A stretch of 63,261 nucleotides of DNA, filler included, from Collodictyon triciliatum (lineage: Eukaryota): NCBI GenBank assembly GCA_043381765.1. It is 5 parts of 5 records of this genome, joined end to end, with 100 filler letters (N's around TTAATTAATTAA, not from the genome) between each part and the next. Parts side by side here need not be neighbours in the genome. Positions count along the whole stretch, not along the records: positions 21,956 to 30,196 come from JBHJMP010000192.1; positions 30,297 to 46,554 come from JBHJMP010000194.1; 3 more parts are not named here. One strand, given 5' to 3'. A program made the translations under genes and the position numbers. Below are positions 25,819 through 37,108 of this stretch, piece by piece. Positions within the stretch are counted from its first letter, which is position 1; the number at the start of each line of letters is the position of its first letter. The notes below the pieces were generated by a model. The model had not been told where the DNA came from. It made no database searches and worked only from the letters and a program-made list of their open reading frames with translations.

Positions 25819-28810
25819 CCAATTTTCGATCAATAAAGGATAAATAATTGATTAAAGAGGTCAATTATAATGCAACTGTTAAACCAAACCGTTGAGGGCA
25901 ATACATTGCTGCAAAAGATATAACAATGCATGAGGTAATGCTGTACTAGCTGCTATATCATCTTCAGAAGCTGGGTCATCTGTCGTTATCAAACATTCGA
26001 TGCATTAGAAGATATTTATTCCTTGGTGCTTTATCCACCAATTTTATAATTGTATTCTTTTCATCCACGCCTCAAAAAAAAAAAAAAATTACAGGTCTTT
26101 ACAGCGACAATCAGTCTTTTTACAGACCTCGAGGTCTTGGGCGGCCAACTGTTAAGAGATTGCATATGATTCGAAGAACAGAACACGCGATAGCCTGTCG
26201 GTCTTTTTTCACTTGAATATCCGGTATCTGAACCGGCGGAGGTGGTGATAAATTGATAGCTGTATCAAATAAAGACAGAAAAAAAAATCTAATACTGGGG
26301 CAACTGTTTTTTAAACGTAAAACTCTAAGGACGGTGAAAACATCATACCAGAAGTGAAATAAAAAAAAAAGAAAAAGAAGTAAATTACCTTGAGGGCTCT
26401 AATTAGGGCATCAATAAAGGTTCTGTCTTTCCGTTGTCTTGATGCGGTTGCCTCCATTTCAGATGCCTGTTCACTGTTTTTCCACCCTGCCGCAGTAATG
26501 ACTGGATCTTTAACTTCGGGTAGCGAACCTGCGTCACGAAATATGCCTTGAGTTAAAAGAAAGACTCCAGCAATTTAAAGATGCATTTTGTCATAAATGT
26601 ATCTGCTTACAACGTCAAAGAACCATTATGTTGACCAACATCGAACAAATTTAGTTTTCGTTTATTTTTATAATAGCTCTAATCTCGAGCAGGAAGTAAC
26701 CTGCACGCGATACAGACGCTTTAGGCTCCGCTCCTCTAGATGAATCAGGTTTCTTAGCTGAAGAAAATCCACTGCTTGTTGGGCTCGGAGAACGCGGTGT
26801 AATCGGGACATTTGTGGGCATCTAAAAGAATTAGATTGAAATACGAGTGGTGCTCTTTTTAATAAGCGAAATACTGAGAAAAGTGCACAGCTGAAAGTTT
26901 TCAAGAACAAAATTTGATTCCAAAAATAAGTATTCCTCTTATGTATACGAATAAATAAAAAATTATAATTGGCACTTCCTACAGGGTGGATTGGTTGAGG
27001 TATAACGATGTTGGTTCCGCTAGGATTTGGTGATTTAGTCACGAGTCGATTGACTGGCCCTTGCTGAAAAGATTGAGGCTTTTCTGGTAGTGCTGCAGAG
27101 ATGGATGCTGGGTGCACTGGGGGATTCATCGGCTGAGGTGCTGAGCCAACCACTGCTGTAGTTGCCGTCGCAGTTTGAGCAGGTTGGTTTTGTTGATTAG
27201 AATTCCTCAAGTCCTAAGTATATTATAGCTATTAGTATATAATTACTTTTTTCATTTTTGAAAGGAAGCAAGGAAGATCATTATGATTTGGGATATATGT
27301 ATCAAGGTTTCAAATTCATGATTAGCATATAAATAATCCCCCATCAATCACATTCAAACTGCATGCATGTAATGGAGGACCTTGATGGATGGGCGACGAG
27401 CTGACCCCTTTCTCAAGAGGTCCTCCTCGCTTTGCTTCTTTGAGATGGCTTGTTGAGATGAGGACGAGGCTGACGGGTCCGTTTCGGTCTATATAGAAAT
27501 TAGATGGCCTTTTCAAAAAAAAAAAAAAAAAAAAAAAAANNNNNNNNNNNNNNNNNNNNNNNNNNNNNNNNNNNNNNNNNNNNNNNNNNNNNNNNNNNNN
27601 NNNNNNNNNNNNNNNNNNNNNNNNNNNNNNNNNNNNNNNATGTATGTATGTATGTATGTATGTATGTATGTATGTATGTATGTATGTATGTATGTATGTA
27701 TGTATGTATGTATGTATGTATGTATGTATGTATAAAATGGTTACTTTTTGGTCCATAACTAATGTTGGATCACTGCGAGCCTTCACGATGGATATTTCGT
27801 CCTTATGACGAACCATCCGATGGACCCTGGTGATAGATAGACAAACCGTTTCCGAAATTATCTTTTTTTCTTTCACACCCATCTCGAACAAAATGATGCA
27901 TAGGCGCATAAAACATTGGTAAACTTAAATGATTCTATATGCAGGTTCGCGTTACTTTTCTTCCTCTGTTTCTTTCACGAAAGGATGCTCAGCAAGCTCC
28001 GGCCAGGACAGGCGCTTTGACGGTGTCTTGTGGAGTAGTCCCTTCAGAAAACTTTTAAAGTTCTCTGACATAGTTTCAGGATATTTTACCTGCATACGGA
28101 GGACAGCAGATCCATAAATATAGCTATTTTGCAGTTTCGAAGAGAGCAAATGCCCATGAAAAAGACGACTAACCTGATCTTTAACAATCATGTTTATGAG
28201 AGAGTATATATTGTTGGTGTAGAATGGCGGCGTTCCAACAAACAATTCGTATAATATAACACCGAGTGACCACAAGTCTACAGTGTGATTGTAAGGCTTT
28301 TCTTGGACGAGCTCTGGTGCCATGTACAGCGGTGTTCCTGATTTCATAAAATGCGTGAACACAATCCCGAAGGAGAAAATGAAACTACTAAAGAGTCGTC
28401 AAATTATCATATAAAATAGTTGCTGTTGAATAATGCATGCTATATTATACCCTTGATTGACGTTAGCATCATCGTATTACAAGACATGGCCCGAGCAAAT
28501 CCAAAGTCACACAATTTAATAATTCCATTCACACCAATCAAGATATTCTGGGGTTTCATATCACTAAGGGGAAAAAAAATGTAGCAATGTGAGGGGGATG
28601 CATTCGGTGCTTAACAAATGGATTAAAAACATGGGCCCACAGACCGGTGAATGATCCTGTTGGAGTGGAGGTATTCCAGAGCCCGGACAAGTTGCTTCGC
28701 TATCCTCTGCACTTCAATCTCTGGGAGACATCCATCCTCTTCAAGAATTTCAAATAATTCGCCCTACGTATTATTTGGATGGAAATATAAACAACTCTAC
28801 GACTCCAACA

Positions 28811-28877
<67 letters not shown>

Positions 28878-29269
28878 AAGAAAAAAAAAGAAANNNNNNN
28901 NNNNNNNNNNNNNNNNNNNNNNNNNNNNNNNNNNNNNNNNNNNNNNNNNNNNNNNNNNNNNNNNNNNNNNNNNNNNNNNNNNNNNNNNNNNNNAAAAGAT
29001 AAAAAGATAAAAAGATAAAAAGATAAAAAGATAAAAAGATAAAAAGATAAAAAGATAAAAAGATAAAAAGATAAAAAGACAAAAAGACAAAATGACAAAA
29101 AGACAAAAAGACAAAAAGAAAAAGAAAAAGAAAAAGAAAAAGAAAAAGAAAAAGAAAAAGAAAAAGAAAAAGAAAACAAAAGAAAATAATGTACCTTGTA
29201 GACCTTGCCGAACGAACCCTCTCCGATACACTCGATGATGTGGTAGTTCTCGACAGTCGGCTGACTCAT
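22108..29269 (-). CDS. STK36: Fused/TIO-family Ser/Thr kinase with C-terminal helical-repeat region (3'-truncated; subdomains II-V presumably in the N gap)
   Basis: [19 protein letters not shown]...[11 protein letters not shown]...[20 protein letters not shown]...[70 protein letters not shown] is diagnostic for Fused. Leucine-rich exons continue to ...HLKSLTEW at 22108. Confidence 0.92.
23039..23153 (+). repeat. (AACAGCAAT)n 9-mer repeat
   Basis: Lies in an STK36 intron. Confidence 0.9.
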
Positions 29270-30196
29270 CCGAAGGCTTTATTGCCCGGTGGTTTTCCCT
29301 GCTCTGGTACTGGTTATTTTTGTTCAGCGCCCCACCCGACAAACTTCTCTTCCACGACTGCGCGCGTGATCAGGCTTCTCGCCCATCCCGCCCCAAAGCG
29401 TGTTTCGGATCCCTCTTCATTATTGGATAGGCGCGCAGAATAGTATCAATGAGCCGGAGGTTTGACACGTTGACACATGACATATTTGTATGTTTGAATT
29501 TGGGTTCAGTTACAAACATGCCGTTTTAATCAATCCTATTTGTGGAATATACTTCATTTACAATGCAGGGCGGAGGACGAGCAGGTTGGAGTGAAGAAAA
29601 ACAGAGATACAGCGCCATTTTTAAAAGATTCACAGCTTTGTTGTGCCGATAAACCTCGTTTGTCACTTAAGCCATGGACAAGAAAACAAGAAACAAGAAT
29701 CAAGAAACAAGAAACAAGAAACAAGAATCAAGAATCAAGAATCAAGAATCAAGAAACAAGAAACAAGAAACAAGAAACAAGAAAACAAAACAAAAAAAAA
29801 TCAAATAAGAGAACTAATAAGCCCTCCTCAGAATCTTCCTTCTTGTCCAATCCATGTCTGCACCCACAAGCTTCGCTGCAAGACAGGAAGATGGACATGA
29901 TTGAAAAGGCAAACAAAAGACTTCGACCCGTTTGCAACAGAGCAGCAACTTTAGTTTTCGACGAGAAGGATATTGGGGGTGTACAACTACACACACGACA
30001 AAAGTGCGGGACATGAACCAGCAAGCAGCCCGACCAGCAACAGAAACGACCATGACGGAGAAAGCAAAGCAAGATGACAAGCCTCCAAACGGATTAAAGA
30101 ATCAAGAAAAGAAAATGAAGAGGGAAAAAGATAATGGAATAGGGATGGACGAGATAGTCTGGCGCCAGGCGAGAATCGCCCATCACAGACCCACCA

Positions 30197-30296
30197 NNNN
30201 NNNNNNNNNNNNNNNNNNNNNNNNNNNNNNNNNNNNNNNNTTAATTAATTAANNNNNNNNNNNNNNNNNNNNNNNNNNNNNNNNNNNNNNNNNNNN
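30197..30296. other. Artificial scaffold-joining linker
   Basis: N44-TTAATTAATTAA-N44 (12-mer at 30241-30252). Confidence 0.97.
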
Positions 30297-30496
30297 AGCC
30301 CGCAAGACTCACAGCAGATACGCGCATACAGCGACAGCGACGATGACGTGGAAGGAAATCTCGGCTCCTCTTCAGAATCCTGGCACTCGAGCCCTTCATA
30401 GCCAACCACCGACAAGCCCGCACATCGCAAGACCCAAGAGCAGCGCATCTCCAAACCCCGAAAGCAATCTCCACTAAACTACCAATTCAGACTGGC

Positions 30497-30928
30497 GTGA
30501 ATATGGTTAACATAGGAGGCATCAAGACAGTCTATGTTACTTGTCCGAAAGGATACTTCAAAGCGAAGGCAACACAAGAACCAGCGCCCACCAAAGATAG
30601 TCCGTTTTCTCTGTCCCAGCCCATCGCACCGAGAACCAAGGAGCAAGACCAAACAGGACAAGTCGAATCCAAGCTTGGAACTTCACACACCAAAGACAGA
30701 CCGAGCAAGCAGGAGCGTATGTTTCTAAAACCACAAACGCGTATCCGTGCTCCGGTTAAGCGAAGTCCACTGCCGGCTACGCATGGTTCCGAAACCAGGG
30801 GACGGTCAAGCGCCACTTCCACTAATTCCAGACAAACAACGATGCATCGCTTTCTATCTGAGTCGCCCAGCAAGAAACGCAAGGAAAGTGACCCGCTGTC
30901 CCCTCAAAAGACACATTTTGTGGAATGA
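30497..30928 (+). CDS. Probable disordered C-terminus of a nuclear protein (5' part unclear or off-scaffold)
   Basis: 143-aa ORF rich in Ser/Thr/Lys/Pro, ending QTTMHRFLSESPSKKRKESDPLSPQKTHFVE*, which contains a PIP-box-like motif, a basic NLS and SP sites. Confidence 0.4.
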   Translation: MNMVNIGGIKTVYVTCPKGYFKAKATQEPAPTKDSPFSLSQPIAPRTKEQDQTGQVESKLGTSHTKDRPSKQERMFLKPQTRIRAPVKRSPLPATHGSETRGRSSATSTNSRQTTMHRFLSESPSKKRKESDPLSPQKTHFVE

Positions 30929-31513
30929 AATAGGACGTAAAAATGTTTGATATGGATGGTTGAAAGGATTCGTCGGAATCTTCTTGAAGTAACTGCCATG
31001 TGCGTACTTTCATCGACCCGACAACTTCATTCGCTCTTCTATCAGTCTCGAATGCAACCAGATATCGCGTTGAAGCTGATTCACCTCGGGTAGAATAGTC
31101 TGCGTGTGAGAACACTTCTCTCCTTTCTATTTTCTTTTTCTTTCCACCCAAAACACAAAATCTCCAACCACACAATCCGGGGTCTTCGCACTGTCTCGTC
31201 CACAGATCGTTTCTTGTCCTAGAGGCGAAGGCGGTTACCTCGGCTTTGTTTTCTCTCAACAAACTGTTTGAAGACCACTACAACGCCCAGACTTACTGGC
31301 AGGTTTACTTCGTAGCGCGTTTTTCTCTGCTTTTTTTTTTATTCATTGTGGGGTGGCGGCAGCTGTTCGGCAGCATGGAATTGGGGTCGGGTGGGGAGGG
31401 ACGCGACATGGTAGAAGCTTCTGCCGGTCGATCTGTAGAGGATAGTTAAGTGTCTACTACGTGAAGGTTGGAGCAGGTGGGTGATATGGATAGGGTAAGG
31501 AAAGCGTTGTTTG

Positions 31514-31602
31514 TTTGTGGGTCAGTATTTGGGACACATTTCGCTCATTATCTTTCGCGTATAGTAAGGATTTGGCACGCGTCGCTTCATCACATCCACA
31601 AA
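31514..31602 (-). ncRNA. Candidate box C/D snoRNA, intronic
   Basis: The minus strand reads TTTGTGG-AT-GTGATGA (box C, 31593-31587) ... CTGA (box D, 31525-31522)-C-CCACAAA. This gives a 7-bp terminal stem and a 72-nt C-to-D span, inside a predicted GTGAGA...CTTAAC...TACAG intron (31636-31433). Confidence 0.65.
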
Positions 31603-33481
31603 TGCGAGATATTCCAGTGCGGTGGAACATTCTCACTCAGGAGAGAGACTGCTTAGCAAGGTAGTGAGTGAACGGGGGAGGGTGTGTTGAGAGGGCCTCT
31701 TACCTCTCGTGTGTCGCGTCTGATTCTTCCTTCCGTTGCTTCGCCTCGCTCTCTTGTTCTCGGGGTCTTCTCGATGCTCAGTGTGTGTCCGCCTGACTGT
31801 TCTTCTGCCTATGAGCGCCACTGTAGAATTACACGAGATGTGCACTATATATACTAGGGCCGAGTTGTGGGCTACATGGTTCCACGCAGGCCACAACGTG
31901 GAAGCACCCCAGCCCACACAATACTGTCCCATACAATACAATATCATATTATATATTATTTGGATGACAAAATTGCATAATATAAAACCACGTGACTTCA
32001 AAAATACCTTAAAAATATTAAATATATTATATTCCGCATTTGAATGACTGGTCTTTTGGTTCTATTTTTTGCTTTATCTGTCTCTGTCTATTCACGCACG
32101 CGCGGTTGCACGAGCGAGATGAATGAGTTTGTCGGTCGTCCCTCCTAACTCGAGGGTTGCCATAAAGTTATCCAACGGTTTGCGAGTTTGCCAAACGAAA
32201 TAAATCAGTGCTGTTCCGCATATTCTGTTGCGCTTGATTACCTACACGCGCAGTTCACGTGTCTTTCCTCCTCGGTCTTACTCTGCTACATTCGAAGGGG
32301 TTCGGTTGTTCTGGTTCTATTAGTGTTAATATTTACGACGTATGAAAAACAAAACTAATCAAAAAGAAAAAAAGATATTAGAAGCCGAACCGTACAGAGA
32401 CAGAGAAATACATACACATTATTCGCAGTAGTCAATTGATGAATAAGCTCCTAATCCCCTTCATCGCCCATCTAGCAGGAGAAATGCCAAAAGGAGAAGA
32501 AGGCGCAAAGGCTATGATGACCTCAAAACAATCCCAAGCATGAAAGTTAACACCGAAAAAATGTCAGTCTTTTTTATTTTTTTATTTTGCGCCTGCCTCG
32601 CGTCGCAACCGGTCGCCTGACCCATCTCAGAAGGTTGGTGAGCAACTTAACCAATCAAAAAAAAAATCTGGGCTGGTGCCTTTTGCTAAACTATCGGCCA
32701 TTTTGCAACACTGATTACTTCCATATTGGGATTGTACTCGTCATTATGACACACCAACCAATTTTTTTCCTGTTTCTCTCCAATCAGATACGCCTGCCAG
32801 GACTTCGCCCCAACAAAAAAAAAACAGATCAGATTGACGCTTTGTGAGAAAGACCGAGACTCGCAGCCATATTTTTGAATGTATATCCCTATTGAACCAA
32901 TCGAGTCGGTGCTGCTACAACAATGTGTGTATCTATAGTTGTCGATCAGTTATAAAAGGCTGATTTGTTTTATCCTTCCCTTGTATTCTGTCCTTTGGGT
33001 CAAGATTTGTATTTTCTCCCAGCTGGCAAAGTGAGACGCAAGGGGTTTCTTTTCTTTTCTTTTTTCAACAATAATTCACAGGCATACATAGCAGCTACAT
33101 TATACTAAAACGTATAATATACATTAAGGTTGTTTCTCTTTTATCGGAGTCACACAAGGAGAGGAAACCATTCCTTCTGCACTTAAAATACTGACTCTAA
33201 AGCTGACAAGAACAAGTAAACCAGTATGGCATTGGCCACTTCGTCCAGGTTTATGGTATGCATAGACTCGCTGGTGTTTTTTGCCTTCCATAATTAAATA
33301 ATTTAGCATATGAAGAGACTTCTGTTTTTGTGTATTTAATATATCTGTCTCTCTTTTATTTTATTTTTTTAAAAAAAGGAATATTCTCAAATGGCCCACC
33401 ATTCACCATATTGATATATGAACAAATTTTGCGTGCTGTGCTCACTTTATTTTAAAAAAGAATCACTCGCATGTTTTGTAC

Positions 33482-33482
<1 letters not shown>

Positions 33483-33576
<94 letters not shown>

Positions 33577-33630
33577 CAGTATTATTATTATCATCATCAT
33601 CATCATCATCATTATCATTATCATTATTAT
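33483..33630 (+). repeat. (TTA)n/(TCA)n compound microsatellite
   Basis: Upstream of the signal-peptide exon of paralogue A. Confidence 0.9.
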
Positions 33631-33665
33631 ACCTTCATTTGATTCAAATGTTTTGTGTTATTTAG

Positions 33666-35879
33666 CATCAAATTCACACAAAGCAGCCCTTCATTATCGC
33701 TCTCATTTTGTTGGTGACCATCCTCACCTTCGCATATGGGATGCCAACCAGAAATCAAGACCTCGCTGATTGGGTTAGACTATTGAAACTTTATTTGAAT
33801 CAAAATGTCATGAATAGTGTTCAGCAGGGGCAATTTTTTTCTAAAAAAAAAAAAAACTCATAACAAAAAAATTCCGAAACCAGGATGGGTTCTTCGATGA
33901 TAGGAGCGAGGTCGATTTGGCAAACAATCCTCTGAAACAAAATGATGGGCATGAAGACAAACCAAGTCACACACCAATGCAAGGCTACGGAACAGAACTG
34001 TACGACCCTGTCTCTGCGTATGCGTCCGATTTACCTCAAAGCGAAGAGCCTGTATCACAGTTTGGATCTAACATCCCGACAGACCCGACGAGGCTTTACT
34101 CTACTGTATTTTCAGAACTCCCGTCAGAATCCCAATATGGAAGCCGAACCGTGTCAGGGTCATCTTACGAAACTTACAGCTCAGAAAGGCATACAGGCAG
34201 TCTATCTCCAGGTTCGATATTAATTTGAAGTAAATTGTGTTATAGCCTTCTCGTATAGTTTACTCACTTGCAACATCACCACTAATTAGGTTCCATGACC
34301 AATACAATGTTTCGCATCCAACAATCCATGTCCGACTTCAAACAGGAGTCATTCACAACAACAATAATTGCTGCACTCGGAATCAGTGCCTCCCAGTTTC
34401 GTGTGGACTTTGTTTTATCTACTGATACATACGACGAACTTAATGTTCACTGCAATACCATGTCCGGACCATCTGGGTCTTCTTTTCAGATTTCCGTGTT
34501 AATAGGGGATGCAGTTGCTCAAGGTTTAAAGGTTAGTGGTGAATATCAAGATATTTTACGATCACAGTTTCTTCTTCTTTTTCTTCTTTTATTTACTTTT
34601 TTTGTACACTTACATGCTTACTGGAACACAGGATCTAGAAGTGCTTGAAATCTTATATTACATTACCCATGAAGGAGACGTCATTTACTTTGATTATGCA
34701 GCGAGTGAATCCAAGGGTAATTAAAAAATTGGTTTCGTTTTTGCTGAAATCTTTCATCATGTGCGTAATGTTGCATACAGCCTTCATGTCGCGCAGCAAC
34801 AGTGAGGAAAGGCCAGCAGTTACCATCACCGCAAGGCCATCAGTATCACAGACAGGTTATTCCTTTTTATTGCTTTAATTAGAAGGAGCATTTTGATTTA
34901 ATTTGTGCCTTCTGGTGAAGACGTCAAACTGATACAAAGCCTCAATATATATGGACAGACCCCACAATTCACACAATCGAGATGATTCTATTGTGCCGCC
35001 TTGCATCATTCAACCAGACAAAATTCATCGAAGTTATTAGTTATGTGAATGACATAAGCCCTAGCCGAATCAAAGTCAAAAAGATATCCGAGTTATACGA
35101 AGAGCCATCATCCAGTAAATACAAATCGGAAAATAAAACATGTGTGGTTTATGATGTTCTGCATGAGCAATACGCATCATCTACTAAGCTATGCAATAGC
35201 ATTATGAACACTGTAAAGAAATGTGATAAGGTTAGTGGAGTAACTTTCCTTTTATTTGTATTGATTGCATATGCATATAAAATAACAAAACTGGTTATCC
35301 TATATTTTCTCCATGTGAATAGCCAAATTTTACTCTCATTTCGTACTGTAGGGCTATGCTGAGATTAACTTGCTTAAGGCAAGGATGGACGAAGGAGAAT
35401 ATGTCGACTACGAGGCTGAGGTCTGTCTTTCTAGATTACTTTTCCTTTTGAATTATGTTTGTGCGGTTCCTTTTCAACTCAATTGATATTTGATACCTTT
35501 GGATCGTTGAATTATCATGCATTATCCGCCCCATAGAGCGAGCCAGTCGATGAAGACCAGGAGCCAAGTCATGAGGCTGCAGTAATTGCCGGAGCAGTTG
35601 TCTCAATTACTGGAGGTATTGGCGTTATCGCAGCAGCTGGTGTCTACAGTTATCGAAAAGGCCATCTGCATCTGCGACAATGGCAGAGTAATATTTGATA
35701 GATTTAAATCTTTATGTAAATAAAACGAACCACTATCACAAATAAATCATAACATAATGCTTGTAATTGTTGATTAATTAAATTATATGGAATTCGCAGA
35801 ACTTCGGATGTTCACCAGATACACAATCACATCCGAGGAGGCACTCCAATCAAAAAGCATCGAAATGTCTGATTTATGA
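33666..35879 (+). CDS. Type I membrane protein with two SEA-like modules, paralogue A (start exon unresolved)
   Basis: Signal-peptide exon (PFIIALILLVTILTFAYG), acidic Ser-rich stalk, two alpha/beta modules (FKQESFTTTIIAALGISASQFRV; FNQTKFIEVISYVNDISPSRIKV), TM segment AAVIAGAVVSITGGIGVIAAAGVYSY followed by RK, tail ending KSIEMSDL*. Confidence 0.75.
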
Positions 35880-37108
35880 ACACACCCCCACAAGAAAAGA
35901 AAAGAAAAGAAAATAGTCCAACGCCTTCACAGGCCACCCTCTCATCCAAAAACTGGAAGCGACCGAATAATAATCTCTGAAACAATAACCCCACACACCT
36001 TCTCCTTATTCAATTAATAAAGTCTCGTATCTCTGACATCAAAAAATGATTCCCTCTCTTGTTTCCTTATCTCCCATCTCCTCTTATCTCTTGCTATGGT
36101 TTATTCATATTTTGTTTTGTATTTACCTTCGTTCTTGTTTTTGTTTATTTTTTCTTGCCTTTTGCCTCGAAAAAAATCCACAGCCCTTGGGATATTCCAT
36201 ATTTGGATTATTAAATCTTTAGTCCTGGATATATATCCTGAACTGGAAAAATGCACGCGCACGGAAAATATGCGCCAAGCAAAGGGCGAACCTTCACAAA
36301 CACCAGAGAAGCAGAGCAGGACTGTCCTTTTGATTCTGTGATCAGCGCAAGGATTCACGCTTGGGACTTGAAGCAGGTGCAGGAGCAAGAGAAAGGGAGA
36401 AAGGAAAGGCAGAGGCAACGGGGCGAACAGAGGACTCGAGTGGGACCTCCTTCTTTTGTTTCTTCTCACTGGTCGTCCGGGTTGTGTTGGGCTTTTGTTC
36501 TGAGCAAACGGGAAACTCTGCAGGTTATTTTCCACTTTTTTTCTTTGTGCCTTCCCTTCTTTTTTTTTCTTCTTGTTTTTGTTTTATTTTCATTTTTATT
36601 TTTTCTTGTTTTTTTTATCGTGGGATATTGACAGCAAATATCTGATAAAAATAGCGGTGAAGTCGAGTATTCATCTAATGTCATTTATATGGACAATGTA
36701 ATTATGCCGACATTATTCAAACTTCTCACGTCATGTGTAGATATTGCTGTTTAATGATATGAACAATTTATGTATATAATAAGAAAGGGATGTAGAATAT
36801 CACTATCGACCATAACACGATCATTTTCACTCCTTTTCTTCTATGGTTTTTTTCTATTCTTCTGGTTATCGGGGGTCATCAGTTACGGCCATTTCAAAGC
36901 AGGATACAGATACGAACAAAACAGAAACAAAAACAGAAACACTTCTACATGTTGCATCAGAAATCAGAACTAGCTCGGGTTATTCGGCAACGAAAAGGAA
37001 TTCAAGTAAAATACTCTGAAAAAGTTGTTAATATGACGCAGTTATACCCAGGAGAATATATTCGTAAGGATAGATTTATTCGTATTTAATTCATCATCGT
37101 AATAATAG

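Noticed and set aside
28775-29195. STK36 appears to lack kinase subdomains II-V, including the catalytic Lys
   Set aside because: The missing part falls across the N100 gap at 28894-28993, so it is most likely unassembled sequence rather than a pseudokinase.
31522-31640. Minus-strand frame SPE*ECSTALEYLAFVDVMKRR as a possible selenocysteine (TGA) read-through
   Set aside because: No UxxC/CxxU context, no SECIS element found and no start codon; the splice sites and C/D boxes explain the region better.
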